Made by a program: the position numbers and the translations under genes. Below the pieces are notes generated by a model. The model made no database searches, was not told the DNA's origin, and saw nothing but the letters and a program-made list of their open reading frames with translations. From Squalus acanthias (Eukaryota), in the NCBI GenBank assembly GCA_030390025.1, contig CM059432.1, positions 70,434,001 to 70,498,000 on the forward strand: 64,000 bases of DNA, read 5' to 3'. How positions within the stretch are numbered: the first letter of the stretch is position 1; every line of letters begins with the position of its first letter. Shown here piece after piece: positions 1 through 13,011 of this stretch.

Positions 1-605
1 CATTTCGTTCAAGGTTTTGTGTTAGAAGACAGCAGTTTAACTTGTTTTTGGCAATGTAAGTTTAAAAAAAAAAGAAAAGTTTGTGATAAAATTTGCTCTG
101 GGACATTTAAGCTGCATTGACCTTGTTTTACAAACTTTCTTGAAATACCATCCGATGGGGATCCAATCCTAAATTTTAAAGACTGGTTCAGTTACCCAAA
201 AGAAAATAGCAGTATCATTGCAAAAATTATTTATTAGCGTAGAGCAAAATAAATAATATCTCAGTAAGTTTAAAAAAATACCAAATAAACAGAAATCTGA
301 TCATCTTGCAAACCCAATTTTGAAAACGTGTGCCTTGCATCACTCCTGTTGGCAGCCTTTTTTTTTAACCAAAGGCGTGCTGAGCACCTCACCCACATGT
401 ACAGCCAGTAATAATGTTTTTGTTTTCCGGGCCTGTATGCACCTTCAGTGGAAATCTAGTGGGCAGAAACAAAATTGGAATTCTGATTTTTCAAATAGCT
501 ATATGTGCATGTTTGATGGTTCTTATGTTGCCACCTGTGCTGTGAAATCCACCCTGCATTATAGTAACTTCTGTTTGAAGCTTATATTTTATAGATATGC
601 ATAAC

Positions 606-700
606 GTGACTTGGTTCAGTCAGCAGTCTTATCTCTGTCAGAAGGTTGTGTATTTGAGCCCATTTCAGGACTTCAGCATAAATTCTAGCCTGACATTCCT
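606..700 (+). mobile_element. Degenerate tRNA-derived SINE head
   Basis: A-box/B-box-like head (tggttcagt...cagaaggttgtg...gagcccca) resembling fish/shark SINEs. Confidence 0.4.
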
Positions 701-1360
701 GGTTGACCTTGCACTCTTACTCCGATGCCACTGAACCACTTCTACGAACACTTCAGCTGCTACTCTGCCCCTCCATTGGCGACTGAGTCCACCCCTGCCC
801 CAGTTTAGAAAACTGGATTGCTGCACATAAACTGAGACACATGAGGTCTGTACTGACTTCCCAATGCAGTAAGATGTCCACTTTGGGGAAGCAGTGAACC
901 GTATTACACAGGGCTTCAATAAAGCTGAACCAATTGTTATAAGTTTCCCTGGGGGTAGTATTTTTGCGAGGGCTCAGAGGGTAAGGGGTCTGGATGTAAG
1001 TATAGCATTCAAAATAATTATTTCTAGCATCATTATATCCAATTATATCTACATTTTAAGGACATCTTTTCTCATGTTGTCCCTCTGCTACTTGGAACCT
1101 AGTTCTCTATAACAGCCATACCTAATGTTGTATTTATTCCCAGCATCATCATCTCTAATTGTATCAACACTTTAATTTTTCCCATTTTGTCCCACTGCTA
1201 CTTGGAATGTCACTGAGCAGATCTAATAACAAAATGTGGGTGCAGACAATAACAATGATAATGTCTAAATTTGAAATGAGATATACCAAAAACATTTATC
1301 AATATGTAGCTGCACTGTGTACGTAAAGTGTGATGTTGGCTCCTATTGAATTTATTGCAG

Positions 1361-1422
1361 TGACCGGGAACTTTATCGGATGGGATTAAAGGGAACATGT
1401 TATAACAATGAAGATAATGGAG
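1361..1422 (+). CDS. TGS1: TGS1 coding exon (probable exon 2): DRELYRMGLKGTCYNNEDNG
   Basis: tttattgcag acceptor and G|gtacag donor. The peptide resembles the vertebrate TGS1 N-terminal DRKLYxLGLKG motif as I recall it, and phase 1 matches the next exon. Confidence 0.82.
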
Positions 1423-2324
1423 GTACAGTATTAAATATTTGGTTAAATGTTGATGATTACTTCTAGTAGTGCCTCTACTGTGCTTTTTTTTCATCTTTTT
1501 TGTATGTATCCTTTTTCCAAGTTATGTTTAAGATTTTTGGAATGTGCATTTTGTTAGTGTTATGTTAAACAATAATAAAGGCATTTGACATTTCACTTGC
1601 ATTACTATACTTATAGGAAATTTCTCAGTGCTGTAGTATGTGAGCTGAAACTTTGGGAATGGGTGAAAAGACTGCCTCTGGGAGTACAGCATTCTTTGAA
1701 ACTGCTCGAAGTTAGAGTTTAAAACTGAAGTGTGTATCATAAATAAAATACATGTGTGGTAGTAACATAGAAATAAACTAAGCAATATCCAACACGAATC
1801 CTCTGTTTAAATCTTCTATTGTGCTGAGGGCATGACCATTCCCACTTTTACTTTGTCAGTTTGTGGACTGTGTTGAGACCCATTTAATTAACTAGCTTTT
1901 ATACTTTTAACTTTTGTATAATTAAGCTTTTTGGGTTGGGGCATTTGCTTATTTTCAGTGATATTTCACTTTCAGCAAATTCACTATTTTCAGTGTTTTA
2001 ATTTCTTTTATTGCCTTTTTTTTTAAAAAAAAGTCAGAATAAGCTTAAATATGAGCTACTGCACATGTGCCACTGGCCTGACTGGGAATGGGTGGTGGAA
2101 GAAGTGCACAAGCACATGGTACACAAATTGGGAGCAGAGCAGGTGGAAGATAATGTGTGAAGTTTTCATTTATGGGCCATTACTTAGATTATCTTTTCCC
2201 ACCCATATCGAGCGCACATAATTGTAATGATCATAATGAGTCGGTTAGGTGGTTTTACTAATTTATTATAGTCCTGAAATAAAATCTCCTTGGTGAGAGG
2301 CATCGCCAACCAGTGCCCTAACTT

Positions 2325-2550
2325 GCCCCATCTGAACTTATTTTGCTGCTCCATCCATGTGTGTTGGATAATGCAGCCAAGTTTCATTCTTCTGCTGTGT
2401 CCTGCCACTCTTTCAGCCCAGCTGTCTGTGACACTTTTCTGTCCATTGCAGGGTACGCCACTGCCGTCTGCCTCTTCACAGCCTGCAGCAGCATGCTCAT
2501 GTTCTCTAACATTACAGAATCCTTTGCTGCTTTCCTCTCCTGCCAGAGGA
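2325..2550 (-). pseudogene. Degenerate Myb/SANT-like (Harbinger-associated) DNA-binding domain remnant
   Basis: Minus-strand frames give MSMLLQAVKRQTAVAYPA..KEWQDTAE..HTWMEQQNKF, aligning by eye with the Myb/SANT protein at 56865 (LEALVGAVERRRAILYP..VWREVAQ..RTHTQCRKKF). Confidence 0.5.
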
Positions 2551-3769
2551 GCAGAAAACCATAATCAAGAGATGGAATTTTAAGAACAACGAAGAACACT
2601 TGTATACCAGAGTAGACATCCATCGAGAACACATTTAAAGCATTTTTTACCAAACCTTCAAGCACTTTCAATTTTAAACACTTCAAAACTATTGGGAGCA
2701 ACCAAAACACTCACTTACGTTCTTCCAGTAACCTCAGGACCAGTGAACAATGATTCTGCGGGGGTTCTTCGAATTTTGCTTTGTGAAGCTCCATGCTTCT
2801 TTAAATTGCTTGAGGTATTTAAGGCCCAAGGTGCACTTGAACTTTTACCTGGATGCTCTCTGCCATTTATGTGCCTCCACGTACACCTGAAGCCTGTCCT
2901 CTTTGCTCTAATGACGACTGTCAGTCGATCTTAACACTACCGTTCTGCGCAGGTGCAATGGACTTCTAGTGCACTGCGCACACTGCTCTTGACTGGTGTC
3001 TGTCCAGGAAATTCATCCTCCTTACGTTAGTCAGTTTCTGGTCATATGAGTGGTTATGAGTGTGTGTCACCTTATAGTAATCTGATTGGTCTGTGGGAAC
3101 CACAGGTCATGTATTCAAAAACATTTTGAGTACAGCTCTCTGCACCAGCCATTTGGCACACGCCACAGACAAGCGAGAACTAAGCCTACTTGTGCTCTTA
3201 TCTGCCCAATTACTTCTCTTCCAGCATGACTCACCCGTCAGCCCAACTCATCCTCCTGCAGGACTTTTCCCTCCAGGCCCCATCCCAGGTGCGTTTACCC
3301 TGGATATCCCAGTCCCAGTCTCCCCCATCATCCTGAGTTCTTTGCAACTTGGGAAAAAAAGCGGGGGAGGCTGTGTGGGCCAAGACCCCATTAATATCAT
3401 CACTAATTATTGTTGAAAAATCTCGAGCTGTTGTGGTCTTGAATCATTGAGTAATCTGCTGTTTACCACTAGAAGTGTTAGTGAATTGGATCAATATCAG
3501 CACTCCCTCCAGTGGTAGAAAATTGGTATAACTTACTGCAGTGCAGGGCATGTGTTTTCATTAGGTTTAGCAACTGTTATTGTTTTCTGTACACACATAA
3601 TGCCCTGATAATTAGGCCTTGGATCTCAGCCTCTGCTGTTTACAACCCTGAAAATGAATGTAGAGATTTTGGAACACAGAACAGAGGCTCATGTTACTTT
3701 AATATGGGCTTGTTTCCCATACTTTATGGAAGATGTGTAATAAATGCAGTTTCTAATTGCTATTTATAG

Positions 3770-3942
3770 ATATCCAAGAGGAAGAAGAAAAGAGTGAAGA
3801 AGAATTGAATGTTGATGATGAACCCACTCTTAATACTGTAGAGACACAGGAGGAAAGTGGAGTGGATAGTGAGGCAGAGCTGATGGCAAATATGGGATTA
3901 CCTCTCCAGTTTGGCAGTTCACCAACCTATTGGCAGCCAGTG
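3770..3942 (+). CDS. TGS1: TGS1 coding exon (probable exon 3): acidic region, DSEAELMANMGLPLQFG
   Basis: tatttatag acceptor, GTG|gtaagg donor; contains the ELMxxMGLPLQFG motif. Confidence 0.92.
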
Positions 3943-4313
3943 GTAAGGACCATTCTCTTATCATTTACATCATAAGTTTGTATGAGAGAAGTTTTGCAGG
4001 TATTAACATATTTTTCAATTCCCAAAATAAATTTATTATATGCCTATCCATCCAGAATATTTGGGCTGTAGTGAAAGATCATGGACAACTTTGAGGGATC
4101 TTTTAGTATCAGGCATTTTTCTAAACAGTGGTCTGATAAACAAAAGCAAAATTATTTATTTAATAGTTAAAATTATAAAATGAATCTACTCCTTTAATAA
4201 CTTTATACACAAAATATAGAACATTAAAGTTCAAAACTAAGTCATAGGCTTTATTTACATTAACTGCACTTAATTGAGATGAACGAACATTTTGTAACCT
4301 TTTCTTTTCCAAG

Positions 4314-5121
4314 ACGAGCACGGTTTCAAAGAAAAGATTCAAAAAGAAAAAAGTGACTTACAAATACATTGAAGATCTGCCTGAAGATTGTAATGAATGC
4401 CCAGGCGAGATTTTAAATGTTCTTTCTGGTGTCACTGACTTGAGGTTGACCGAAGAGCAAACAGATTTTGAAGTAGAGCGTAATGGCCGTCATCATTCGT
4501 GTGAAGGAGCAGCAGGCTCTGAGCTAGATTCCAAAACGGACTGGGAAAAATATTGGAATCAGTATGGTGAGGGTCTTATTTGGGAAAATTGGTTGGACAA
4601 ACATCCTGAATGGTCAGAAGATGCACCTGCTCCATGGAACTGTCCTGACACTAAAGATCAGTGGCAACAATTTTACACTGAACAGTATTGGCTATATTAT
4701 GAGCAGTTTCAGTACTGGGTAGCTCAAGGATGGTCTGTGGACTGTACTAAAGTCAGTGATCTTGGGAAGGATTCATCTTGTGCAAATGCACATGAATCAG
4801 AATTTTTCAGTAACACTGAAAACAATGCTGGTGAAAACTTCAGGACTGTGCTGCCAACAGAATCAGTCATTGCATCAAATGGAGAAAGTACTGCCGAATG
4901 TAATGAAGTTAGTTATGGAGAGGTTGTCAATATGATCAATAACATAAGACTCAATTCAGGAAATGAAACTGAGGAATCAACGGGTGTGCAAAGCAGTATC
5001 TGCCAGAGTCCTGCTGATGCTGCAAGTTCTTGTGAGTGTGGTTCTGATGAGAGAGAACCATGTGATGGAGGCAACAGCAAAAGATGTGCATCCAGTGGAA
5101 GAGTCTCCACAGTTCAGTCAG
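4314..5121 (+). CDS. TGS1: TGS1 large coding exon (probable exon 4): WEKYWNQYGEGLIWENW...WQQFYTEQYWLYYEQFQYW
   Basis: Pyrimidine tract plus aag acceptor, G|gttggt donor; open frame (ORF 4353-5165) with the Trp/Tyr-rich PIMT N-terminal region. Confidence 0.93.
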
Positions 5122-5135
5122 GTTGGTATTGCCAC

Positions 5136-5202
5136 GATTTCCTCACTATACTCCAGTGGGTGTGATTAGATTTTCTCACTATACTCCAGTGGGTGTGATT
5201 AG
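5136..5202. repeat. 33-bp tandem duplication just after the exon-4 donor
   Basis: Two near-identical copies of gatttYctcactatactccagtgggtgtgatta. Confidence 0.85.
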
Positions 5203-5607
5203 TTGATTTAGAACTAGTTCTGTTTGTGTGGGTAGATTGACGCTGGACGTGTTAAGTTTAGAATCACCCATCTTCTGTTGCAGTGGTCAAAACCGGTTTT
5301 CTTTTTCTTCCTGGATGCCTTTGTGTTAACAGAACTTAAGATGGTATTCAACTGTTTGTGTTAGAATAGTTGAGCCTTCAGTTGCACTGAAGGCAGGTGA
5401 GAGATTTTTTTCATATACTTTCATCCTTAAACAATGTTATTTCTGGTTTTAGAGCTGGGTTCAGATTTTTGCACTTTAACTGCAACAATCAACATTAGTC
5501 CAGACATGAAGTTGTAGATTACATCTAAATGACATCAGTACTTTTATGTTTTTTTTACCTATACTTGTGTAAATACTCTAACTTGAGCCAGTCATTGTCC
5601 ACATTAA

Positions 5608-5842
5608 TACAATAGCAAAATACTGCGGATGCTGGAAATCTGAAATAACAACAGAAAATGCTGGAAACACTCAGCAGGTCAGGCAGCATCGAGGAGAGAG
5701 AAACCGAGTTAACGTTTCGGGTTGAGGACCCTTCGTCAGAACTGTTCTGACGAAGGGTCCTCAACCTGAAACGTTAACTCTGTTTCTCTCTCCTCGATGC
5801 TGCCTGACCTGCTGAGTGTTTCCAGCATTTTCTGTTGTTATT
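5608..5842. mobile_element. Penelope-type terminal-repeat fragment forming a palindrome with two hammerhead motifs
   Basis: 99-bp inverted arms 5644-5742 and 5744-5842; flanking direct repeat ATTGTCCACATTAA (5594-5607, 5840-5853); same family as the 62-kb array. Confidence 0.85.
5744..5778 (+). ncRNA. Minimal type I hammerhead ribozyme motif (mirror copy on - strand at 5708-5742)
   Basis: GUU-CUGACGA-[stem II]-GAA-ACGU-U-AAC with a palindromic helix III segment. Confidence 0.78.
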
Positions 5843-6793
5843 GTCCACATTAAATTGTGCTAAACTTACTACTTTCATAAATAAAGTCACCGTGATGCAT
5901 TGATGTGCAGCTGTGTATAGTATCTCATTCTCACCATCTGTCCTGCAATATCTGCTGTACATTGTGTAATTTCTGCTGTGGAACTCTTTCTTTTAGCAAA
6001 CAAAATAGTCAGGTTTTGATTTGGCTATCGAGGTTCAAATGAGATATCCAGCCAACTTTGTTTCTATAAGAAATACAAATCCCGCACAACCAATTTGTGT
6101 GTCTTGATTTTCTTTATGAAACATGGAGAGACCAAGTAAATCCTTACTTTGTAAACTGCAGCTCTTTATCTAAGCTTGTTTTAATAGCTTTTCCTGACTA
6201 GCATTTTGCTTAAGGTAATGGTATCAGAATCACTGTGTGCCTCAGTTTACCCAGACTTGTTTAAAGACTATTGGGTTATGTCATACAGTTTTTGTTTTTA
6301 GGAAAATAGACTTTCTAAATGCAAAAGAGACAAAAATAAATGTGCATTTTCACAAAGATCCGATAAACTTATTTTATTGGAAAATCCTTGGATGGCTCCT
6401 AGGTTAGAAGCTGTTCTAGTTGCTTTGTAGGGATTTTGTTTTGTCTTCTTACCCCCAACATCTGCAACTTATTACATCTCTGTTTTGCTCGCTTTTTTCT
6501 ATTAGGATCATGTGAAAGGTAGGATGAAGTGTGCTGCTGAGTTAAATACAGATTAAAAAGGCATTTGCACACAATGATTGAGGGGAATAGCAGGCATGTT
6601 TCTGGTCATGATTAGATTCAAAGATTAACAAGTTCCAAAAAGCTTAAGTTGTAGTCTAGAATCATTTCAAGTTATGTAGGTTGGACTTGTATCACCAGGA
6701 GAGTAGCTAGTGGATGCTGTACATATGAATGGCAAAAACCCTGAAAGATATTTAAAATGGTTCATCCTAATAATTTGTGGTTTACTGTGCCAG

Positions 6794-6917
6794 CAGATCC
6801 TCCTAAACCTTCCAGCAAAGCATTAAAAACTGATGTTGCAGCAAGAAAGAGTCAGACCAGTGAAGATGAGGAGGATGATGATCCACCAGAACCTAGACCA
6901 GTAAAGATGAAGAGAAG
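6794..6917 (+). CDS. TGS1: TGS1 coding exon (probable exon 5): ...EDEEDDDPPEPRPVKMKR(S)
   Basis: CAGCAG tandem acceptor (start 6794 or 6797), AG|gtgaac donor; phases 1 and 2 fit both neighbours. Confidence 0.88.
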
Positions 6918-7986
6918 GTGAACAACCACTGAGCTCCTATTTAACCTTACTTTGTTGCATCTTCATGATGCCTGTCCAATCAGAATAAAACACAGATGAA
7001 AGGAATGGCAAATGTAGAGTAAGATGTTAGCTGTAGTATTGCATTAGCAATAGTATAAAGGGTGAATGGAAGAAGTTAATACTTAAATCATATACAAGTG
7101 GATTTCACTGCAGTTCTTTTTGTTGGCGAATATAGTAACACTCTCCAATTTACTTTGATTTCTAATGTACCTGGGATTGTTTATGGTTCTGTCATCAACA
7201 GGAACCATGAGAAACATTATATCACAGCACAATGGAGCTATTCTACAGCGCTATAGAGTGATCTAGTATTATGAACGTAACATTTAACAATCACAGCCTG
7301 TCTTTTGCTCATGATGGGAGAATCCTTAACAGTAGTTCTGTGGCCATAAAGTAAAGCTGACATTTAAAAAAAATTAAAAGATGATGTTGGATATTCATTC
7401 AGGAGGATTGATTAGCCAAGAATTGCTGACAGAATCTGGTTTATGGTCCTGTTATCTGTTGCAGCTCCATAATTGATGAGCTTTTAACGATATTAATTAA
7501 TAATTTTGGAAAATGTTTCTTGTTTTCTCCCTGCTACAGTTAAAAACAATCTATTAACGAGACTATCTTAGTATTACGTCAGTGTTTCTTTTAACAATTC
7601 CTATTAACCCTTTGAGAGCTGCATTAACATTTCTGCGTTCAAACATTTCTAATTGCATTTTTTCAGATTCTCTAAACCACAGTGAAATTGATTTCCTGTA
7701 ATTATTATGAAATTGCATACATGTTCTTTATAACACCTTCACAATTTCACTACAAATAGTGACCTGAGGAAATTTCCCCTGCTGTGAGTAAAGGAGTCAT
7801 TTTTGTAGATAATTTAACTTAAGAAACAAGTAATTATGATTCTCCCTCTTAAATCCTTTTTTTAATTGGAATGCATGGAGATCAAGTCTGAATCTGAGTT
7901 AGTGTTCCTTTTTAAATGGTCATTTGGCAGGCCTGGTTCTCTTTTTTGGTAATTTATTTGTCTATTTTGATGCCTATCTTTTTTAG

Positions 7987-8073
7987 TCATGAATTCGATG
8001 CTGAAGAGAATCCAGTTGTGGCAGTGGAAGATGCCTATTCAGCTCTTGGCTTCAAGCACCATACCAGCCAAAA
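7987..8073 (+). CDS. TGS1: TGS1 coding exon (probable exon 6): HEFDAEENPVVAVEDAYSALGFKHHTSQ
   Basis: tcttttttag acceptor, AA|gtaaga donor; completes the KRSHE.D..ENP motif. Confidence 0.9.
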
Positions 8074-8194
8074 GTAAGAATACTGTGGGGTCAACCGTAA
8101 CTTGAATAGAGGCTGCACAATAGGGAATAGCCAAATATCCATTTTATTAACTGAAGAAGAAATAACTGAAAAGTAAATGGAAATAGAAAATGAA

Positions 8195-8660
8195 CTAGCG
8201 AGGGTACAGGGGAGATCTACGAGGATGTTGCCAGGACTGGAGAATTTTAACTATGAGGAAAGATTGGATAGGCTGGGGTTGTTTTCTTTGGAACAGAGGA
8301 GGCTGAGGGGAGACTTAATTGAGGTGGAAAAAATTAGGAGGGATCTATTTCCCTTAGCAGAAGTCATTAACCAGGGGGCATAGATTTAAAGTAATTGGTA
8401 GAAGGATTACAGGGGAGTTGAGGAGACATTTTTTCACCCAGAGGGTGGTGGGGGTCTGGAACTCTCAGCCTGAAAGGGTGGTAGAGGCAGAAACTCTCAT
8501 CACATTTAAAAAGTACTTGGATATGCACTTAAAGTGCCTTAACCTACAAGGCTACGGACCAAGTGCTGGAAAGTGGGATTATGCTGGATAGCTCTTTCGA
8601 CCGGCGCAGACACGATGGGCCGAATGGCCTCCTATGCCGTAAATTTCTATGATTCTATTT
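8195..8660 (+). mobile_element. CR1-clade LINE 3' fragment
   Basis: [25 protein letters not shown] peptide plus CR1 3' hairpin and ttctatga tail. Confidence 0.9.
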
Positions 8661-9694
8661 GGAATGGAATAAAATATGTATTTTACATGCCCACATTATT
8701 TGTGTTTTTTTGTACATTATTAAAAGTTAATACTAAAAGCATATAGTGTGTTTTTAAGGAAACTTTAAAGCAAACACTTAACCATAGTTTTTTATATAAA
8801 AGATTATTAAAATGTTGAAAGTTTTGTTTTCAGGCCATCTCTCCAAAGCCCTGTAATGACTGCTGTAACAGGCGCTGTGATTACTTCAGCCAGAAGGGAT
8901 TCCCCCCCCTTTAGTGTCCATGTCATAGAGTGGGGGGTCTCCATTTGTCAATCTCCAAGAATACCTTGCTCATAGAGCTGCTATACCCTTTACAGAGTAG
9001 TAATGTTGTTGGCAGTAGTTCTCAAAGATTTCTTTCATGCTCCACTAGGTTTATTTCTTAACAGAGTCTGGGAGCATGCCCCATTCTGAGAAAATTGATT
9101 TTTGACATTTAATTTGTTGCATTTTCCATTATTTTGGACCTAATTGTGAATCTTGCATGCTATGGTAATCTAATATTAGCAAAATAATATACTGGTTTCT
9201 TTACACTTCTTTCAAAATTCTTGCTTGTGAATTTTTCCCCAAATTTCCCACTTCTATTGCTTTTTCTTCCATATGCATCCATTGTACCTTATTCCCATGT
9301 TTACATTTTCTGCCTCCTCTGGCTTTCTCTTTGCTTACTACCCACTTCTATCCTTCTTCCCATTTCTGACTTCCACCTCCAAATTAGTTGTTGACTGTCC
9401 ACACCAACTGTTCTTTTTCACTTGGTTCTACTCTGCTCCTCCAGCATTGCTGTTTTAATTGTCGCGCCATAACCTGAATTCACACTGTCCGTGGAATTGT
9501 TTCCATCACATCTGAGCTTAACCAACGTGTCAACTGTTTTTAATGTTTTTCTCACATGTTCTCCATATATCAGATTCAAATGGTCGGGAGGCAGCAGCAG
9601 CAGCATGTTTGATGAGTCAGACAAGGTGTGGCAGCAAATCTAGACTCTGTCCTTCCTTCACTGCTGCTTCATGTGTGTGTCCCAATTCTGTTAT

Positions 9695-9721
9695 TGCCTC
9701 TCTTGCTCTCTGTTATCTCCT

Positions 9722-9758
<37 letters not shown>

Positions 9759-10005
9759 CTCTTCTGTATCTTCCTCCACATCTCCCATCTCTCTCCATCG
9801 ATCTCCTCTCCCCTCTCTCTCGTTATCTTCCTCTCTTTTCTATCCTCATCCTTCTCTCTTACCTCCCTCTCACTCTCTCTCTGTTATCTCCTATCTCTCT
9901 CTGCTCTCTGCCCTTCCCCTTTCACTTTGCTCTATTCTATTCTTTCCCGGTTCTCTCTGTTCTATCTTTATTTTTTCTCTCTCTCTAATCTCTCCCTACT
10001 TCCTT
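9695..10005. repeat. (CT)n microsatellite / CT-rich low-complexity tract
   Basis: Pure CT run at about 9724-9756 within degenerate CT repeats. Confidence 0.9.
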
Positions 10006-11184
10006 TACATAGAACTCAGCGCTTGCACATTACAATACTATTTAATTATTACAAGAGATAAAATACTCCAATGATTTACATGATTGAAAAAAATGAACTT
10101 AGTAATTTAATTTAATAAAAGACCTTTCTGTGAAGATAGCAGTTGGTGCTAGTATCAGCGTAGAGACTGACCAAACACACTCAAATCAGAGCCCTCTAGG
10201 TCTCCATTAAATTGCACATTATTTGAATAAAACAGGGTGAGCAGGAAGTAGTAGTCAGCCAATCACTAAGGCATCAACTCATTTCCTTTCAAACCTTCAA
10301 GGTCCTCTGAGGATAGCCAGGCACAACTCTACACCAGCTCCCATCAAGCTACAATCTCTCTCGTAATTACATAGATGAAAGGAAATTCACTGAGCTTTCT
10401 TAGCTACTCTGAGGCTCAAGATAATAAGATGGTGGCGTGTAGAGACCTAACATCCTGTAATTTCTACGTACTTCAAGAGGAAGAGTGAGAAACTAAACCA
10501 CACAAATCCTGCACTGACACCAACAAACTTGGCATAAGAGAGGAGAAAGGAGACAGATGGCAGGAAACTCAGCAAAAGCATGCGGGAGGAACAATTTAAA
10601 AAAATTCTTGTTAGATGCAACTCCAACAACTGTACACCAGAGCTCTCCCTTCTCTTCCACCCCTTCGTCCCGGTTAGACAACTGCATCATTTACATAAAT
10701 CAAATGCACCAGGCTCCACTGCAGCCCCTCCCCCAGTTTTCTGATTGGGTCATCAATGTCCATGCTAAGTTTTCCTATCGGTTTCTTTCTCCTTCCCAGC
10801 AAATGTATCTGCTATTTACTTTTTCATTTTATTTCCTCCCTCTGCCTCTAGCTAAATCGGCTTCTGGTGAAGCAAATCCCACCGTCTAGGCATCAGTGTC
10901 TTCAATCTAAAATACTTTTCTTTTCCCCTATTTCTCTTCACTCTGTGCACCTTCCTCTCCAAGCAAGATTGAGAAAAGTGACATTTCCTGAGGGGAAAAT
11001 AGTTTCTCTCTAACTCAAAATGCAGCTTTAATGAGATTGATTCATCTCGATTCACCTGCCTAGAAGAGATCTGCTTGGATAAATTATTGCTGGGTCATTT
11101 ACAGCTGAATCTCATTGAGGTGAGGAGAGATTAACATCCCTTTCAATCTTGAGTGCATATTTTAGCACTCGATTAAAAATAAGA

Positions 11185-11850
11185 AGGCTCTCACCCCTAC
11201 CCTTTCCCTCCTTCCCATAACCACGTTAGGGTTCCCCTTGTCCTCGCCTTAACCCACCAGCCTCCTCATTCAACAGATCATCATCCGCCATTTCCGCTAC
11301 CTCCAGCGTGATGCCACCACCAAACACATCTTCCCTTCCCCTTTCAGCATTCCGAAGGGACCATTCCCTCCGTGACACTCTGGTCCACTCTTCCAACACT
11401 CCCTCCCCTTCCCACAGCACCTTCCTGTATAAGCATAGGAGATGCAACACCTGCCCTTTTACCTCCCTCCTCCCTTCCCACCGTCCAGGGTCCCAAACAC
11501 TCCTACCAGGTGAAACAGCAATTTACTTGTACTTTCAATTTAGTATACTGTATTCGCTGCTCACGATGTGGTCTCCTCTACATTGGGGAGACCAAACGTA
11601 GATTGGGTGATCACTTTGTGGAACACCTCCGTTCAGTCCGCAAGTGTAATCCTGAGCATCCGGTCACCTGTCATTTTAATTCTCCACCCCACTCCCACTC
11701 TGACCTCTCTGTACTTGGCCTCCTACACTGTTCTAATGATGCTTAACGGAAGCGCGAGGAACAGAACCTCATCTTTTGATTAGGCGCTTTACAGCCTTCC
11801 GGACTCAACATTGAGTTCAACAATTTCAGATCATAACCACTCCACTGCTC
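11185..11850 (+). mobile_element. Penelope-like element 3' fragment (GIY-YIG endonuclease, frameshifted)
   Basis: FTCTFNLVYCIRCSRCGLLYIGETKRRLGDHFVEHLRSV...HFN; downstream QPSGLNIEF in another frame. Confidence 0.88.
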
Positions 11851-11991
11851 CCATTTTTTTTGCAGATAGCAGTTGTTAATTGGAAGTGCAAAAAATTTTA
11901 AGACGACTGCAGTGCTCTCCCCCCTGCTTCCCCCAAAGAAGAATTGCTAATCTTAGATGCCTTTGTGTTTTTCTCTAATCTTCGTGTGCAG

Positions 11992-12151
11992 CATTTCAAA
12001 ATTTAGCCATGGACATGCACGCTATCGTAAGGGCACTGAGCTGACGTTCAGACACCTGGACATGCATCGACCAGCAGCTACCAAAAATAAACATACATTC
12101 TTCAGTGAAGAAGGAGAGGTGCTCAATTATAAGAGCAGAACCTTAGCAAAG
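11992..12151 (+). CDS. TGS1: TGS1 coding exon (probable exon 7): ISKFSHGHARY...KNKHTFF...KSRTLAK
   Basis: tgcag acceptor (exact site slightly uncertain), AAG|gtaatg donor; KNKHxFF and KSxxLxKV motifs. Confidence 0.88.
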
Positions 12152-12623
12152 GTAATGAAAATTATACATCATGGGGCTGGGTGATGCAATGGGTCAGCCC
12201 GGACTGATGGGTTGAACCCACTTCCTAATGCAATTATGGGCTAGAACCAACATTCATGGCCCCAGTCATGCTTTCTCGTTGTTGAGAGTGATCAAGTAGA
12301 GGCTTGGCATATTGACCAAAGCTCACTGACCTTTGCATATTTTCCTTTTATCTTCATTTAAATATCTCGCTGTCTCATTTTTAAAATAAGCTGAAACAAA
12401 ACCAAATGTATCTTTTATATGTATTAAACTGGTGATAAGGGATTAATTACAGATATTTTTGGGGTTCTTTATGCACATATTGATGTATCATACAAAGGCA
12501 CACTAGCTCCAAACCAGCTTCAGATACACCACGGTCATCTGTTATTCTTTAGCACTCTCAGCACAGTAAAAGTAACTGGCATTGTTGGAGTTGATTGATC
12601 ATTGCTTGTTTTAATGATTTCAG

Positions 12624-13011
12624 GTGCAAAGATTTCTAAAACAAGCTGTGCCTTCAAATGACTCTGTTAACACAGAGGCTCCGCCCTGTGTGGCACATAG
12701 CTCTGAGGAATGCACCAGCTCTGAGCAGCACCACAGTTCGAATGCAGAGTGCTCCATTCTATATGAAAATAGCAACAGTGGAAATGGAGAGGAAAGAACT
12801 TGTGCTGATGGAGAATTCCCAGCTTGTGTCAGCGTCCCCTCCAAATTGAATATCTGCACTGAAGGCAACAATGAGCAACTTCCCAAAATGCATGATGTGG
12901 CCCCTACTCCTGCCGAAAGCTGTGAATTGTATTCTGACCGACAGCTGGTTCCTCTGGATATTCCAGACTTTCTTCTTCCTGATGCTGATGTAACTGAGAG
13001 GGGTGATGAAT
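12624..13011 (+). CDS. TGS1: TGS1 coding exon (probable exon 8): VQRFLKQ...RQLVPLDIPDFLLPD
   Basis: tttcag acceptor. Two in-phase candidate donors (after 13002 gtgatg, or after 13011 gtatgt). Contains the RQLxxLDIPDxL motif. Confidence 0.86.

Noticed and set aside
9543..10061. 172-aa Leu/Ser-rich ORF
   Set aside because: Artefact of the CT microsatellite.
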